The notes beneath the pieces were generated by a model. That model searched no databases and was not told the origin of the DNA. It saw nothing but the letters and a program-made list of their open reading frames with translations. The translations under genes and the position numbers were made by a program. A DNA stretch of 64,000 nucleotides. Source: Takakia lepidozioides. Its lineage: Eukaryota > Plantae > Bryophyta. The first letter of the stretch is position 1, and every line of letters starts with the position of its first letter. This document shows, in pieces, positions 13,660 to 25,909 of the stretch. The stretch is from positions 2,790,001 to 2,854,000 of the forward strand of contig CM060732.1 in assembly GCA_030704615.1 (NCBI GenBank). The letters run 5' to 3'.

Positions 13660-14215
13660 CGCTATCCATGCCTCTGCACAAATCATGCATACATCCTTGC
13701 CTTGCTGCTAGCAGCTGACAATGACAGCCTAGATTTTTTCTAGGAAACACCCAACTCAACTTACCACACTAGTTCCTATGCTCAATTGCATCTGCTACTC
13801 TATGTAATCCAACAGGCATTCATTTTTTTGCCTTGATTGTCCCACCATTAACTGGGGTCAGAAAAGTATTCATTCCACAGCTTCTCCTCGTCTCTGTTAC
13901 CTGTTTCTGATACTTCTAGAGCTTCTCCTCGTCTTTGTTATTTGTTTTGCGATACTTTCTTGTTGTCACATTGGCAGTAACATGTCAAAATCACTCCAAA
14001 ACCACCATAGATCCACCAACGAGCTAACTTGCTAACATGAAAACTTAGGGACAACTCTGATAACTGGGAAAACAGGCTGAAATGTGTTGAAGAAGGTGCC
14101 TTCGTTAGCGGTGCCTGGTTCTATCAATTGTGTGTAATCTTGTGTTTGAAATCCAACACTCTTGGATGAATCTGGACCTCTATCCCTAGTCCTTCAGCTA
14201 TCCCTACCTGTGTAC
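13660..14215 (-). repeat. PDF-motif module copy
   Basis: Similar to 18461-19060. Encodes RDEEKLWNEYFSDPS and WWDNQGKK. Confidence 0.75.
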
Positions 14216-15324
14216 AAATCACTCTTGAGCGTGCTACTTGTGTCAATGAGCTTCACGTGGTTATTGACGCTTTGATTTAATACTTGATGGTCCGGAACTT
14301 TATTTATAAATATTAAAGCACGAAAAGAAACAAATATACAAATCTAAAATGAATGCTCATTCCGACGAGTTCTACCAGAAACGGGGATATAGGGAACCTG
14401 CTGAGCAAGCAAAGTATGCACCTGGAGTAACAACACTATGTATTGAATCTATAGAACCGGACAGGCCCGATTCAACAGTAGTCTTGTTTGCAAGCTCAGT
14501 ACATTACAATTTCCGTAAACGAGAACTAGTTGTACCACATTCAAAAAAGATCCGTACTACATCTACCATTTCCAACACATGCGGCTTGATCATTGCCTTC
14601 CAGATCGATTGAGCTCTGTTGAAGTCCATGCCGCTATTTTTAAACGGAACGACCCAAGATGTTGCAGGGTAAAACTGACTAGACTTCAACATGTTGAACA
14701 GAACACGAGGAAGGCCAGTACCAAGTTGCCTTCCCATTTTGTGCTTCCACCACATTTGTGCCCGTTCCAGTAGATTTTGATGTGTCAGACACACTCGGTT
14801 TTTAATTGCGCCATAGGGTTTAAGGGAGGCCAGGAAGGACACGGAATCATGTAAGAGACAGACCAAAGGCCATAGATAGCCATTGCACTCCATCTCTCTC
14901 ACTCGCTGCAGAACGCGAAGCTCCCCCATCGCCCCCTTCATTCCTAACTTGGCCAATATCCTTATAATGAGAAGCAAAAAGATATCAGCGAGATGTGTTT
15001 TATTTTATTTTTTATTTTTTCTGAGTTTTTATTTATTTTTAAATTCATGGTGAGCTTGGCAAAATGTGGGTACTTATCAGAGGGGCGGCGGTGGTTCACA
15101 CTTCACACACGATCGGAATGGTCCGTGACAATCACACCAAGATTACATGATATACCGTAGTGGGATAGTCGGTTAGGCACTTGCCTGCCTAATAATTATT
15201 TTTGGGGCCATTTGGCAGTTAGGCACTTTTGAGAAAAGTTTCTAAATTAGGCATCTTGAATGTGTAATTTTTTCAACTTAGGCAACTAAAAATAATGATC
15301 ACAAAATGAAAGCACAAAAATATG

Positions 15325-15470
15325 AAAATACAGCCACTGCCATGGATGAAAATTGAAAACTGAGTCCATGGATGACGTTTTAAATGAAAACTCAGCCGCT
15401 GTCATGGATGAAAATTAAAACTGAGTCCATGGATGATGTTTTAAATGAATATCATTTTAATGGATATCAT
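15325..15470. repeat. Short tandem repeat (CATGGATGA units)
   Basis: Four CATGGATGA motifs, forming two near-identical units of about 62 bp. Confidence 0.6.
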
Positions 15471-16592
15471 TTTTAGAGTTGTTTTATATTTTATATTTTT
15501 TTCTAATTTAATTTCAAGTTTTTATACGCCTCTCATTATTGAATAATTGGGTCTTTAAGTCCTTAAGTCTCACGTGGGCACGAACATCGGGTCGCCCCCG
15601 ACTTCACCCATGACCACCCGGTGGGTCTGCTCGCGGTCCGGGTCTGCCTGCGTCCAACGGCGGGTCTGATCGCGGGTCCGGGTCTGCTCATGTCCAATGT
15701 AGGGTCTGCTCGCCGCAGACCGCCCCGCCCTCAAGACTTAGAAACTTTAGAAACTTTTTTGGGGAACTTGCTTGTAAGAGAAAATTATTTATGCACATGC
15801 AATGCCAACCGGAATTGAAGCCGAACCTCATGGATACCATCCGAAGCACCAACCACCACACTATCTGTCGTTTGCTACTACACCAATAGTTTTTTTTATT
15901 GCTTATACTAGAAAACTAGGGCTTCGCGTTGCTCCGCACTACTAGCAACGAATTCTGAGAACTGGGTTCAATTTTTCACAAAAAGGGGTGGGTCATCCCC
16001 ATGTGTTACATACATACACCCCATATTTCATTGTTTTCGGAAGAAGAACGGCGGAGTGTTGCCGATGCTATCTTATTAATTTTGTTAACCTCTTTGGTAA
16101 AGATACAGGTAAATTCCACCTCCCCAATTTCATGCAAAGGGCAAATTTTTGCCATATGGGAATGAGAGTTGACTCCCAAATCATATTGGTGCCCAAGAAT
16201 CTGAATATGCAAGGCATTCTGGCAACAAAAATCTAGAATCTAGATTTATATAGGTCCATCTTGGTCAAAGCTTTTGTTTTGGGTAACTTAGAGGCCATGT
16301 GGAAAAACCACATTTTGATTTGTTTTATAATCTACGGATGGCAAACCACCACCTAAATTTGACATGACAGAGGTTTTTTGGTAATCCCCCACTCTCTTCT
16401 CGAAAAAGTTGGTCTTACCTCTGCACACAACCAATAAACACAAACTGCTCAATCCGATCTACATGTTCTTAGTTTCAATTCCATGGAAACCCAGACATGC
16501 ATGAGTCCAAGAATAGTCTGATTTCCCTGGCCCTCAATTCTCACAATTGATTAATTGCACCAATATTTATTCTCAAAATAGACTATAAATGA

Positions 16593-17817
16593 CTAGGCTA
16601 TTGGAAACATCAGACGGTCAGCAACAAAGTCGATGTACTGACTCATGAGGTTTTTGTTCGTGCCAACCAAGTCACAGGAGAGAGCTTGAGTTATAAACTC
16701 CCTCTCCATGTTCACAGCATTACATACAATCTCTCGCACCATGTCTTCAGTTAGCCTGTGGTTCAGCAAGCTGCATGATAGACAAGAACAACATAGTAGT
16801 CAATGCCAAAACCCAGACTACTGGACCACTTGAAAAAGTCACTTGACCTCATGATCAAGGTCACATATAGAACCAAGATGTGTTGGAATCATTATAAAGA
16901 GCTAACATACCCAGGGAATTTGAAGAAACACAAGAGAGACAGATACTAGAGAAAGACAAATCTGAAAGCCAAAACCTAGCCATCTGTCATGGCTTGAAAT
17001 TCTCCAACCATGTTACCAACATGAAGCAAGCTTACGTGTAAAGCAAACAGGCAAAGTCGCAGTGGAGACCCTCATCTATTGAGATGAGCTCATTGGAGAA
17101 AGTGAGGCCAGGCATTAGTCCCCTTCTCTTCAACCAGAAAATTGCACAAAAGCTGCCACGACAACAGCAAGTGTTAAGATCATAGGTAGATAAGCCCAGC
17201 CAGCTCAGGCACTACGAGCATACAAGATCAATTTGACACCAGTTAGAGTGAGTATGCAGATTTACCTTCGAGAGAAAATGCCCTCCACATAGGCAAATGC
17301 TAAGATCTTCTCTGCAAAACTCTCAGATTTGCACAAGGAAACAACTGTGTCAATGATAAGAAGCCCCAGCAATACATGCACAAAAATTCAGCACTTGGCC
17401 AGCCTCCATGACAGTTCAGCTGATACAGGTCCCTAGCACTAGATTTAGGTCGAGTATCTATTGAAATAAATAACAACAGACAAATGGATATGTAGTCACC
17501 TGTCAATCCACTGTAGAGCCCACTCAGCCTTTTTGGTCACACAGGGAATGGTCTCAATTGCATTGAACAACCTTGCTTTCTCATTGTGATCCTTTATATA
17601 GGACTCCAGCAAAAGGCTGTACATCTTTGTGTCACGAAACAGTGCAAATCTGATTGTCATGCGTGAAGAACACTACAATGTTGCAATACACTAAGCCATA
17701 CTTAATATTCAGACACAAAAGTACAGGTACACACCATCTGATATAGCAAAACATTGAAGTGAACATACCAGAATGGATATTCTCAATTGATATCTGAAAT
17801 CCATAAAATGCTCGGGC
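16593..17817 (-). pseudogene. RNR2: Ribonucleotide reductase small subunit (R2) internal fragment, 5 exons
   Basis: Exons 17817-17769 ARAFYGFQISIENIHS; 17626-17500 [23 protein letters not shown]; 17328-17266 SFAEKILAFAYVEGIFS; 17152-17036 [38 protein letters not shown]; 16770-16593 EREFITQALSCDLVG..MSQYIDFVADRL. Intron phases are compatible. Two acceptors read CAA instead of CAG. N- and C-termini are missing. Confidence 0.92.
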
Positions 17818-17989
17818 CTGCACAATCAATTTATAAGAGTCAATTGGGCTGCGGCATGCATACAAATGTAGCACTTGCAATTCTGTAATGTGCTTACTGG
17901 CATGAAGCACTTCTTATTCAAGCAATAATTTAGAAAGTTTTAACCACCAAACACCCAAATGGTACAAACATACCCCATTGCCAAGGGCT

Positions 17990-18420
17990 GGGATGTGACC
18001 CCCTTCCCCCATCATTTGATCATAGGTCTCCAAGGCCTCCATACCACGCCCCTGTTGTGCATACCCTGCAAGCATCGTGTTCCACGTGATCAAAGATCGT
18101 TGAGGCATTCTGTTGATCAATTCACTTTGTTTCCTGGACAAACAGACACACAAGTTCAATGGCGGCTGGTAGTGAAGGGGTACCTGTGATAGGCTTTGTG
18201 CTCTGACCTGGTACCCATGTCAGCAGCCCTGCATTAGATGCAATCATTCCACACAAAACAAGATGTTGTGTGATATGTTCAACTTAAAGTGATACATTGT
18301 GATGCAACTCAATGTGGGCTGAGGTTGTGTGGAATTGTTGATAGTACGTTGTTTCCACTGCAACCTTAATGTGGATTGCAGGCAGTAGTGTTGAGATCTC
18401 CTATGGGTGTAGTTTGCATC
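17990..18420 (-). pseudogene. PPR fragment
   Basis: RMPQRSLITWNTMLAGYAQQGRGMEALETYDQM is a PLS-type PPR motif. Surrounding frame is broken. Confidence 0.7.
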
Positions 18421-18460
18421 TAAGATGGGCAAGCTTGTTGGTAAACAGGTTCATGACTCT

Positions 18461-20010
18461 AGCTATCCATGCCTCTGCACAAATCATGCATTCATCATTG
18501 CCTTCTTTATCCCTGCTCCTGCTAGCAGCTGACAATGACAGCCTAGATTTGTTCTAGGAAACACCCAACTCAACTTATCACACTAGTTCCTATGCTCAAC
18601 TGCATCTGCTACTCTCTGTAATCCAACAGGCATTTACCTTTTTGCCTCGATTGTCCCACCATTAACAGGGGTCAGAAAAGTATTCATTCCACAGCTTCTC
18701 CTCGTCTCTATTACCTGTTTCTGGATACTTTCCTGTTGTCACATTGGCAGTATCATGTCAGTCACTCTAAACTATCAAAGGTTCAGTCAACCAGCTAACT
18801 TGCAGAATTCAACATGAAAATTTAGGGCCGAATCTGATAAGAGGGAAAAACAGGGTGAAATGTGTTGAAGAAGGTGCCTTCATCAGCTGTGCCTGATTTT
18901 ATCAATTGTGCCGCTGCTGCTGCGGCTCCAGTTGACCATCTGTTTCTTGTACCTGTCCTTCCACAGGAAATCATAGGTAATCTGGAGCTTGAAATCTGGC
19001 CCTCTTGGATGAATATGGACCCACACTCTATCCCTGCTCTTCAGCTCTCCGCCTCTGTACAAATCATGCATACATCATTGCCTTGTTGCTAGCAGCTGAC
19101 AATGACAGCCTAGAATTGTTCCAGCAAACACCCCGACCCTACTTATCGCACTAGTTCCTATGCTGACTTGCGTCTGCTTCAACAGGCATTCACCTTTTGC
19201 TTGTCCATTGTTCCACCATTGACTGGGGTCGGAATATTTATTCCAGAGCTTCTCCTCGTCTCTGTTATGTGTTTTTCGATACTTTCCTGTTGCCACATTG
19301 GCAATAACATGTCAAAATCACTCCAAAACCACCATAGATCCACCAACGAGCTAACTTGCAGAATTCAACATGAAAATTTAGGGACGACTCTGATATCAGG
19401 GCCGAGTCTGATGAGAGGCAAAACAGGCTGAAATAGGTCGAAGAAAAGGTGCCCTCACCACATTGGGTGAAACCATTGATTGGGGTCGGAATATTCATTC
19501 CAGAACTTCTCCTCGTCTCCGTTATCTGTTTTTCGATACTTTCCTATTGCCACATTGGCAGTAACATGTCAAAATCACTCCAAAACCACCATAGATCCAC
19601 CAACGAGCTAACTTGCAGAGTTCAACATGAAAATTTAGGAACGACTTTGATATCAGGGCCGAGTTTGATGAGAGGCAAAATAGGCTGAAATAGGTCGAAG
19701 AAGAAGAAGAAGAAGGTGCCCTCACCACATTGCGTGAAACCCCCTACGCGCTCAAGGATGCCGGGTATCGTCATCCCTTCCTCGCGCTGCAATGACATTT
19801 TCGGGCAGTCCAGGCAGGTCCGACGAAAATTGACAACGACGATGACCTGTCTACGAAACATGGCGACGATGACGTGGTAACGATGACGTGGTGACAATGA
19901 CGAGGCACTATGGCACCCTATATCTGCTATACGCTAAATTAGCTTCCGACCTTTGGTTGTCGCCAGAACTAGGGCTTCGCGTTGCTCCGCACTACTAGCA
20001 ACCACTTCTG
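18461..20010 (-). repeat. Tandem array of about 3 PDF-motif modules plus 5' segment (pseudogenic)
   Basis: Units at about 18461-19070, 19070-19470 and 19470-20010. Exon RDEEKLWNxYxSDPSQWW(D/N)NxxK ends at a GT donor (AAG|GTAAAT near 18637; AAG|GTGAAT near 19192). Next exon reads IHPRGPDFKLQITYDFLW. Confidence 0.8.
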
Positions 20011-20714
20011 AGAACAATCATTCTTTTGATTGAAAATATATACTATGCGAAAAACATTAGGAACAATGCAAAAGTATAACATAGGAATATGATTTTTTAT
20101 TTTATTTTTTAAAATGATCTTATGGTACTTTGGCCTAGGCGATCTTTTGTTCTTTTTGGACATCCACCTTCTGTTTGTAAAGTTTTATGGGCGTCTGCTC
20201 CCCTTCTTAAAAAATAAATAAAATAAAAAATAATGTAAGCCCCGCAAGTTTGGCCCTGTCCATTAGAAGATGGTACAGGAATTAAAGAGGGGGCTATATA
20301 GTAAGCTACACAAGGATTTGAAGAAATAACCCTTGTGTAAGGGGGTCCAAAAAAGCCTTTAGGAAGGCAACAGATTTTTAATGGAGGGTGGTTTAGGCGC
20401 CAAATTGGGGTAAGTAGAGTTCAGGTGTCAAGTGGTGGTGTGTAAAGTGGAAATAGGGTTTAAGTTCTTCGTGGAGCGCTACATTTTTCATGTTCAGTTA
20501 AAGGGCCCCCAACTCATTAAGGTCATCCTCTCCCTATGATGCCTTTTTCTCTTCCCCAACTGCTTGAAATGGGCACCGGATACTCATCTACCATTTTCTT
20601 GAACAGTGTGATAGTGTCACCTCTGTTGGCAGCCAGCAGTCTACAACATCAGCGATGATGATTGAGTGTCTTAAGCTAACAATATGGAAATAATGCCCGG
20701 GTCCTTGTATGCAG

Positions 20715-20846
20715 ACATCAGTCTCACAAAGCAATCTTTCTGATTTTTCGAACAATGAATGGGTGTTCAACCCAGGCCCAACTCCAAACTCATGCAATCT
20801 TCATTTTTTGGTAGACTTCCAGTTTCGGTCCCCTCTTTATCGCCAT
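20715..20846 (+). pseudogene. COQ10: Single exon of coenzyme Q-binding protein COQ10 (START fold)
   Basis: TGCAG| TSVSQSNLSDFSNNEWVFNPGPTPNSCNLHFLVDFQFRSPLYRH |GT is a 132-nt phase-0 exon matching the plant COQ10 WxFxPGP..CxLHFxVDFxFxSPLYR motif. No other exons recognised. Confidence 0.8.
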
Positions 20847-21849
20847 GTATTTGCTCTTCCTTTTCTTTGATCCTTTGCTTCTTTGCAATATAAGCGGCCT
20901 ACTACAGGATTTTGGAACCTGTGGGGAAACCCTGCTGCTGCAAGAAAGACTCATCCCAAATTCAGAGGGGTATATTCTAGGGCATAGCAAATGAGCACCA
21001 TAGTGGATTATCTGCCAACCTGAATTCGGCACTGAGCAAGCCATTCACGAGGAATATGAGAACACCAGGATTTGAAATCTTATCTGTAAAACCAGGACCA
21101 TGTTGGCTTATCTCTCAGGCATCATTGTCATAATTGAATTTCTCCGGTCTTAGAAAGTACAGGTGAAACCCTGCAGGAGATCCTGAACTTTGTTAGTTTG
21201 ATTAGATTCATAATTGTTGAGCATATTGACAGACCCAACACTTGCGTGGGTGATAGGTAACTTTACAAACAGTTGTATGCACTGAGCAGACGTGTTAATG
21301 GTATAATAGAACATGGACACATGCAACAGCTTATGACCAGAGCATGCAATGTGCCGGTGCAATATCAAGCAAAAATGTCCATCACTGTTGAGAATCTTTG
21401 TTTGTAAAGAGGTTTCAATCATGGTATTTCTGTGATAGTATAGTTAAGGGTGTTAGTCAGTCGGCCCTAGAAGACTTTTCATGGTTACCTGGGGTAAACT
21501 TTCAAAATATGTTGTTGCAAGAATATCTACTTGGTTCAGGTTAGATCACCGATCCTACTCATGAGCTGCCATCTACCTTAGGCCTCTGCAAAACAGTGAG
21601 CTGCCTGAGCTGCATATGAGTCCATGAAGGTGGCTGTGTCAAGCTGACTAGAAAGAATCCCAATCTTCTGGAACTTCTAACATTGATCTGTACCTACTGC
21701 TCCTCTCTGCTCTTTCCCAGGAACAAGATGAAACAAGAATCAATTTTGTCACACTGATCTGCAGAACCCAAACATGTTGAAAATACAGCTTTTGAGGACA
21801 GTTCATGTGGGCATCCAATCCACTGTTTGAAGTAACTGGTTTCCCACAG

Positions 21850-23080
21850 GCAGTTACATTTCTTTTAACCATATTGTCAAAAACTTGATGTGCATCCTTC
21901 ATGCTCCCACATTTGGCATACATGTTTGCAGGGCCGTATCCAGAATGACATCTGGCACAATCCCAGCGTTGTTGATGTCAGCATGAATCTCTCTGCCCTT
22001 TTCAAGAGCTCCCAGACTGGCACACGCGTTGAGAATAGAAACAAATGTGGCATTATTGGGAGACACTCCTTCATGGAGCATTTGCTCATACAGCTTGACA
22101 GCTTTCCAGCCACAGCCATGCTGAGCATATTTTGCAATCAGATCACACTCCATGAGACCACATCTCGTTTGGCCATCTTGTTGAAAACTTGACGTGCATC
22201 CTTCACACTCCCGCATTTGGCATACATGTTAACAAGGGTGTTCTCCAAAGTGTTACCATGCATGTCAACACGTGCACTCTTTCGGCCAGGATCTGACAGA
22301 ATTCCGGCGTTCATGATGATAGCATGAACCTCCCTGCCCTTTTCCAGCACCCCCATGCTAGCACATGCATTGAGAATGCAAACGAAGGCGACCATGTTGG
22401 GTTTCAGTCCTTCCCATTGCATTTGCTCATAGATCTCCAAAAGCCTCTCTACCACAACCATGCTGACATATCCTGCAATCATCACGTTCCAAGAGACTAT
22501 ACTTCGTTTTGTCATATTGTCCAACACTTGATGTGCATCCTTCATGCTCCTGCATTTGGCATACATGTCAACAAGGGTATTTTCCAGAATGATATCTGGC
22601 ACTATTTCACTTTCGACGATGTCAGCATGGACCTCTTTGCCCTGTTCTAGAGCTCCTAGGCTGGCACATGCATTGAGACCACAAATGAACGTGACTCTGT
22701 CGGGCTTTATCCCATACCGTTGCATTTGCTTGTACATCTTGAGAGCCTCCCTGCTGCACTTGGCATATCCCCCAATCATTATAGTCCATGTCACAACAAC
22801 TCGTTCAGGCATTTTGTCAAACAGTTGGTGTGCATCCACCATGCTACCACACTTCGCATACATGTTGACAAGGGTGTTGAGCAGGTAGATGTTTGGCTTC
22901 AATCCACTTTGGAATGTGGGTGTGCACTTGCTTTCCCTCTGCTAGGCATTCCTGTTGATGCAGTCCCGCAAGACACAGACATACGCATTTGAGTCTACCA
23001 GAATGCCTCCTTGCTTCAAAATATGCAGCATCTCATTTACTTCCCTCTGCCAGGCGTCCTGGTGTCCTGACATCCTTAAA
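21850..23080 (-). pseudogene. PLS-class PPR pseudogene (repeat tract)
   Basis: Repeated NTLVNMYAKCGS..AHQxFDxM and TFxxxLNACASLGALEQGKEVH motifs. Frameshifts near 22140 and 21925. No E/DYW domain seen. Confidence 0.9.
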
Positions 23081-23084
23081 GGCA

Positions 23085-24050
23085 CCAGTAGAGTTCTGGT
23101 TCAGTGTGTCCAAGAAGGTATTTTGCTGCACGTTCTGCCACCTCCAGATTCCCATGAATTCTGCAGGCACCAAGCAAAGTCCCCCACACTGTAGCAGCTG
23201 GTTCGCTTGGCATTTTCTTGATGAAGTCCTCTGCCTCATCCACATGCCCTGCACGGCCTAGAGGTCCACCATGCAGCCAAAATGCTGGTCTGTGGAAGTC
23301 AGGCCATGAGCTTGACTCATAGAATCAAAGTAAACCAATAGTTGCAGGGCCAGCCTACCACACCCGTGCTGAGCATATCCTGCAATCATAGCACTCCATG
23401 AGACCACATCTCGTTCAACCATATTGTCAAACACTAGCCAGGCATTCTTTATATCCCCGCATTTGGCATACATGTCAACAAGGGTACTTTCCGAAGTGAC
23501 TGTTGGCTCAATTCCAGCTTTGATAATGTCAGCATGGATTTCTGTGGCCTTTTCCAGGGCTGCCAGACTGGCGCAGGCTTTGAAAACAGAAACAAAAGGG
23601 ACCTGGTTGGTGTCACCCCTTCCCATATCATTCGCTCATATGTCTCCAAAGCCTCCCTACCACATCCATGCTGGGCATATCCTGAAATCATTGCACTCCA
23701 GGAGAGCACATCTCGTTCAGCCACCAGGCTGGCACATGCATTGAGAACGCACACAACCGTTACCTGGTTGGGCATAACCCCTTTCTGTATCATTTTGCTC
23801 ATAGATCTCCAAAGCCTTTTTACCACATCCAAGCTGAGTATATCCTCCGATCATCGCACTCCACGAGACCACATTTTGTCGAGCCATATTGTCAAACACT
23901 AGATGCGCATCCGTCATGTTCCCACATTTGGCATAAATGTTGGCAAGGGCAGTTTCCAGGACGATATTTCAATTCTGGCTTTGATAATATCAGCATGGAT
24001 CTTTTTGCCCTTTTCCAGGTCTGCTAGGCTGGCACATGCATCGAGAACTC
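23085..24050 (-). pseudogene. PLS-class PPR pseudogene ending in an E-domain region
   Basis: PPR motifs, then [45 protein letters not shown]. Contains a stop, frameshifts and internal deletions. Confidence 0.88.
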
Positions 24051-24369
24051 TGCAGCTGAGCAAGCAGGGGGCAAGCAGAGATTGAAACACGGCCTGCTAA
24101 GACCAAGCTGACTCGCCCAAGAATCTTGTAAACATCAGGAAGAAAACCAAATCATTGACCACTATCAAGATTGATCAGCTCAGAATTATAAACCTAATTC
24201 TACAATGAAGGGAGATAATGTACCCAGAAGACAAGTATTGTTCAAGGCATTGTCTAAGAGTCAATGCCTCATGCAGATAAGCTGCCAAGCATTTCTGATC
24301 CTCGAAATGGAAGACCTGCATGTATTTCAGCTGCATTGTGTTGAGTGTAACTTACAGCTTGGCCCAAAC

Positions 24370-24770
24370 ACGTCAAAATCACCCCGAAACCACCATAGAT
24401 CCACCAACGAGCTAACTTGCATAATACAACAGGAAAATTTAGGGACGACTCTGATAACTCTGATAACAGGCATCTCAGGTCTGATGAGAGGCAAAGCAGG
24501 CTGAAATAGGTCAAAGAAGAAGGTGCCCTCACCACATTGCTTGAAACCCCTCCGTGCTCCTGGACGCCGGGTATCGTCATCCCTTCCTCGCGCTGCAATG
24601 ACATTTTCGGGCAGTCCGGGCAGGTCCGACGAAAATTGACGACGACGAAACGTGGCGACGATGACGTGGCACTATGGCACCCTATTCCTGCTCTATGCTA
24701 AACTAGCTTCCGACCTTTGGTCGTCGCTAGAACTAGGGCTTCTCGTACTAGCGACGAATTTTGAGAACAG
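24370..24770 (-). repeat. 5' segment of the PDF module (duplicate of 19570-20010)
   Basis: Near-identical sequence. Both copies give ORFs containing MSLQREEGMTIPG. Confidence 0.8.
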
Positions 24771-25909
24771 CGTCTAGATAGATAGTCGGATAAACAAAGC
24801 TTAGAAAAATAATGTTTCTCTGGGGCCTATGCATTTATGTGGTGTATTTGGTTGGCAAAATGCAACTGGCCATTAATGTGCCACACAAGCTCTGTGGTCT
24901 AGGTGGTCATGTTGTCTACATTGGTACATTGGGCTTCTCTCTTTGGCAGAGCACGAGCCATTGTCTTTGTGAGGTAATTCAGGCCTAATTGTCAGATTGC
25001 TCTCAATCTCGCTTTTTCCAGAGTCCTTGTTTCTTTCTCTCTTGTTGCATTACTATGCGAGCAACCTAAACACAATATCCATTTTTTGATACTTTGTCCA
25101 GGGTATTCTCACCAGGGAGTGACCCTCTTCCGAAACATCAAGACACCATGGCTTCTTCTCTGCCAAAGAATGTGGCACCGTGAATTTCCATAGCAGACTC
25201 TTCTAGTAAGGAAATGTTGCACTAAATTGTACTAAAATGCAGAGTAGGGAAGAGGGGGGCACAAGAGGAAGTCTGAACATGAGCGCTTTGTAGGATTCCT
25301 CCCAATAGTATTTCAAATAGGTGTTGGTTAGCAGATCTGGAGAAAACACATCAGATTTGTAACTGGTATAATCCACTGCCTTCAATGGTGATATGTGCGG
25401 GTGACATCCTTAATGGTATTGCCATGACTCAACAGTAAATGTGTTGCTATCTTCTTAACATTCATAAACTCTCGTCAATCACTGGTTGCAGAGGAGCATA
25501 CTTATCAGTCTCTCTCTCTTGGAAGCCTACCTTTGAGCAGCAAACAGAAGCAGAGAGGAAAGGGAGAGTGCAATTGCCGTTGTGTGGGCAACCTGAAGAC
25601 AATATTCATTTTTTGGAAGTACCCTGCCTCCTTCATCTGCCCCAGACAATTCTTCTAGCTTAGCAGGATGTCCTAAATTTGTGGATGTAATTGGTCTCTT
25701 AAACTGAATGTATGTACCTCATTATCCACCTCGAGTCAATGCAACTGCGACCTGGCTCCTTTCTCACATCTCAGACCTGCATCATTTTTCTCACTTTTGC
25801 AATATCATCCCATCTGTCAGCTGCAGCATAGACGTTGGACAGCAGCACATAAGTTGCAGTATCATGTCGATTGGTTTTCATTTGATTCTATCGGTGTGTG
25901 ATGTTTGGC

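Noticed and set aside
20588-20797. Possible degenerate DYW domain (ORF ending SHCSRKW) downstream of the PPR tract
   Set aside because: It lacks HSEKLA and CxxCH, and the opposite strand is better explained by the COQ10 exon.
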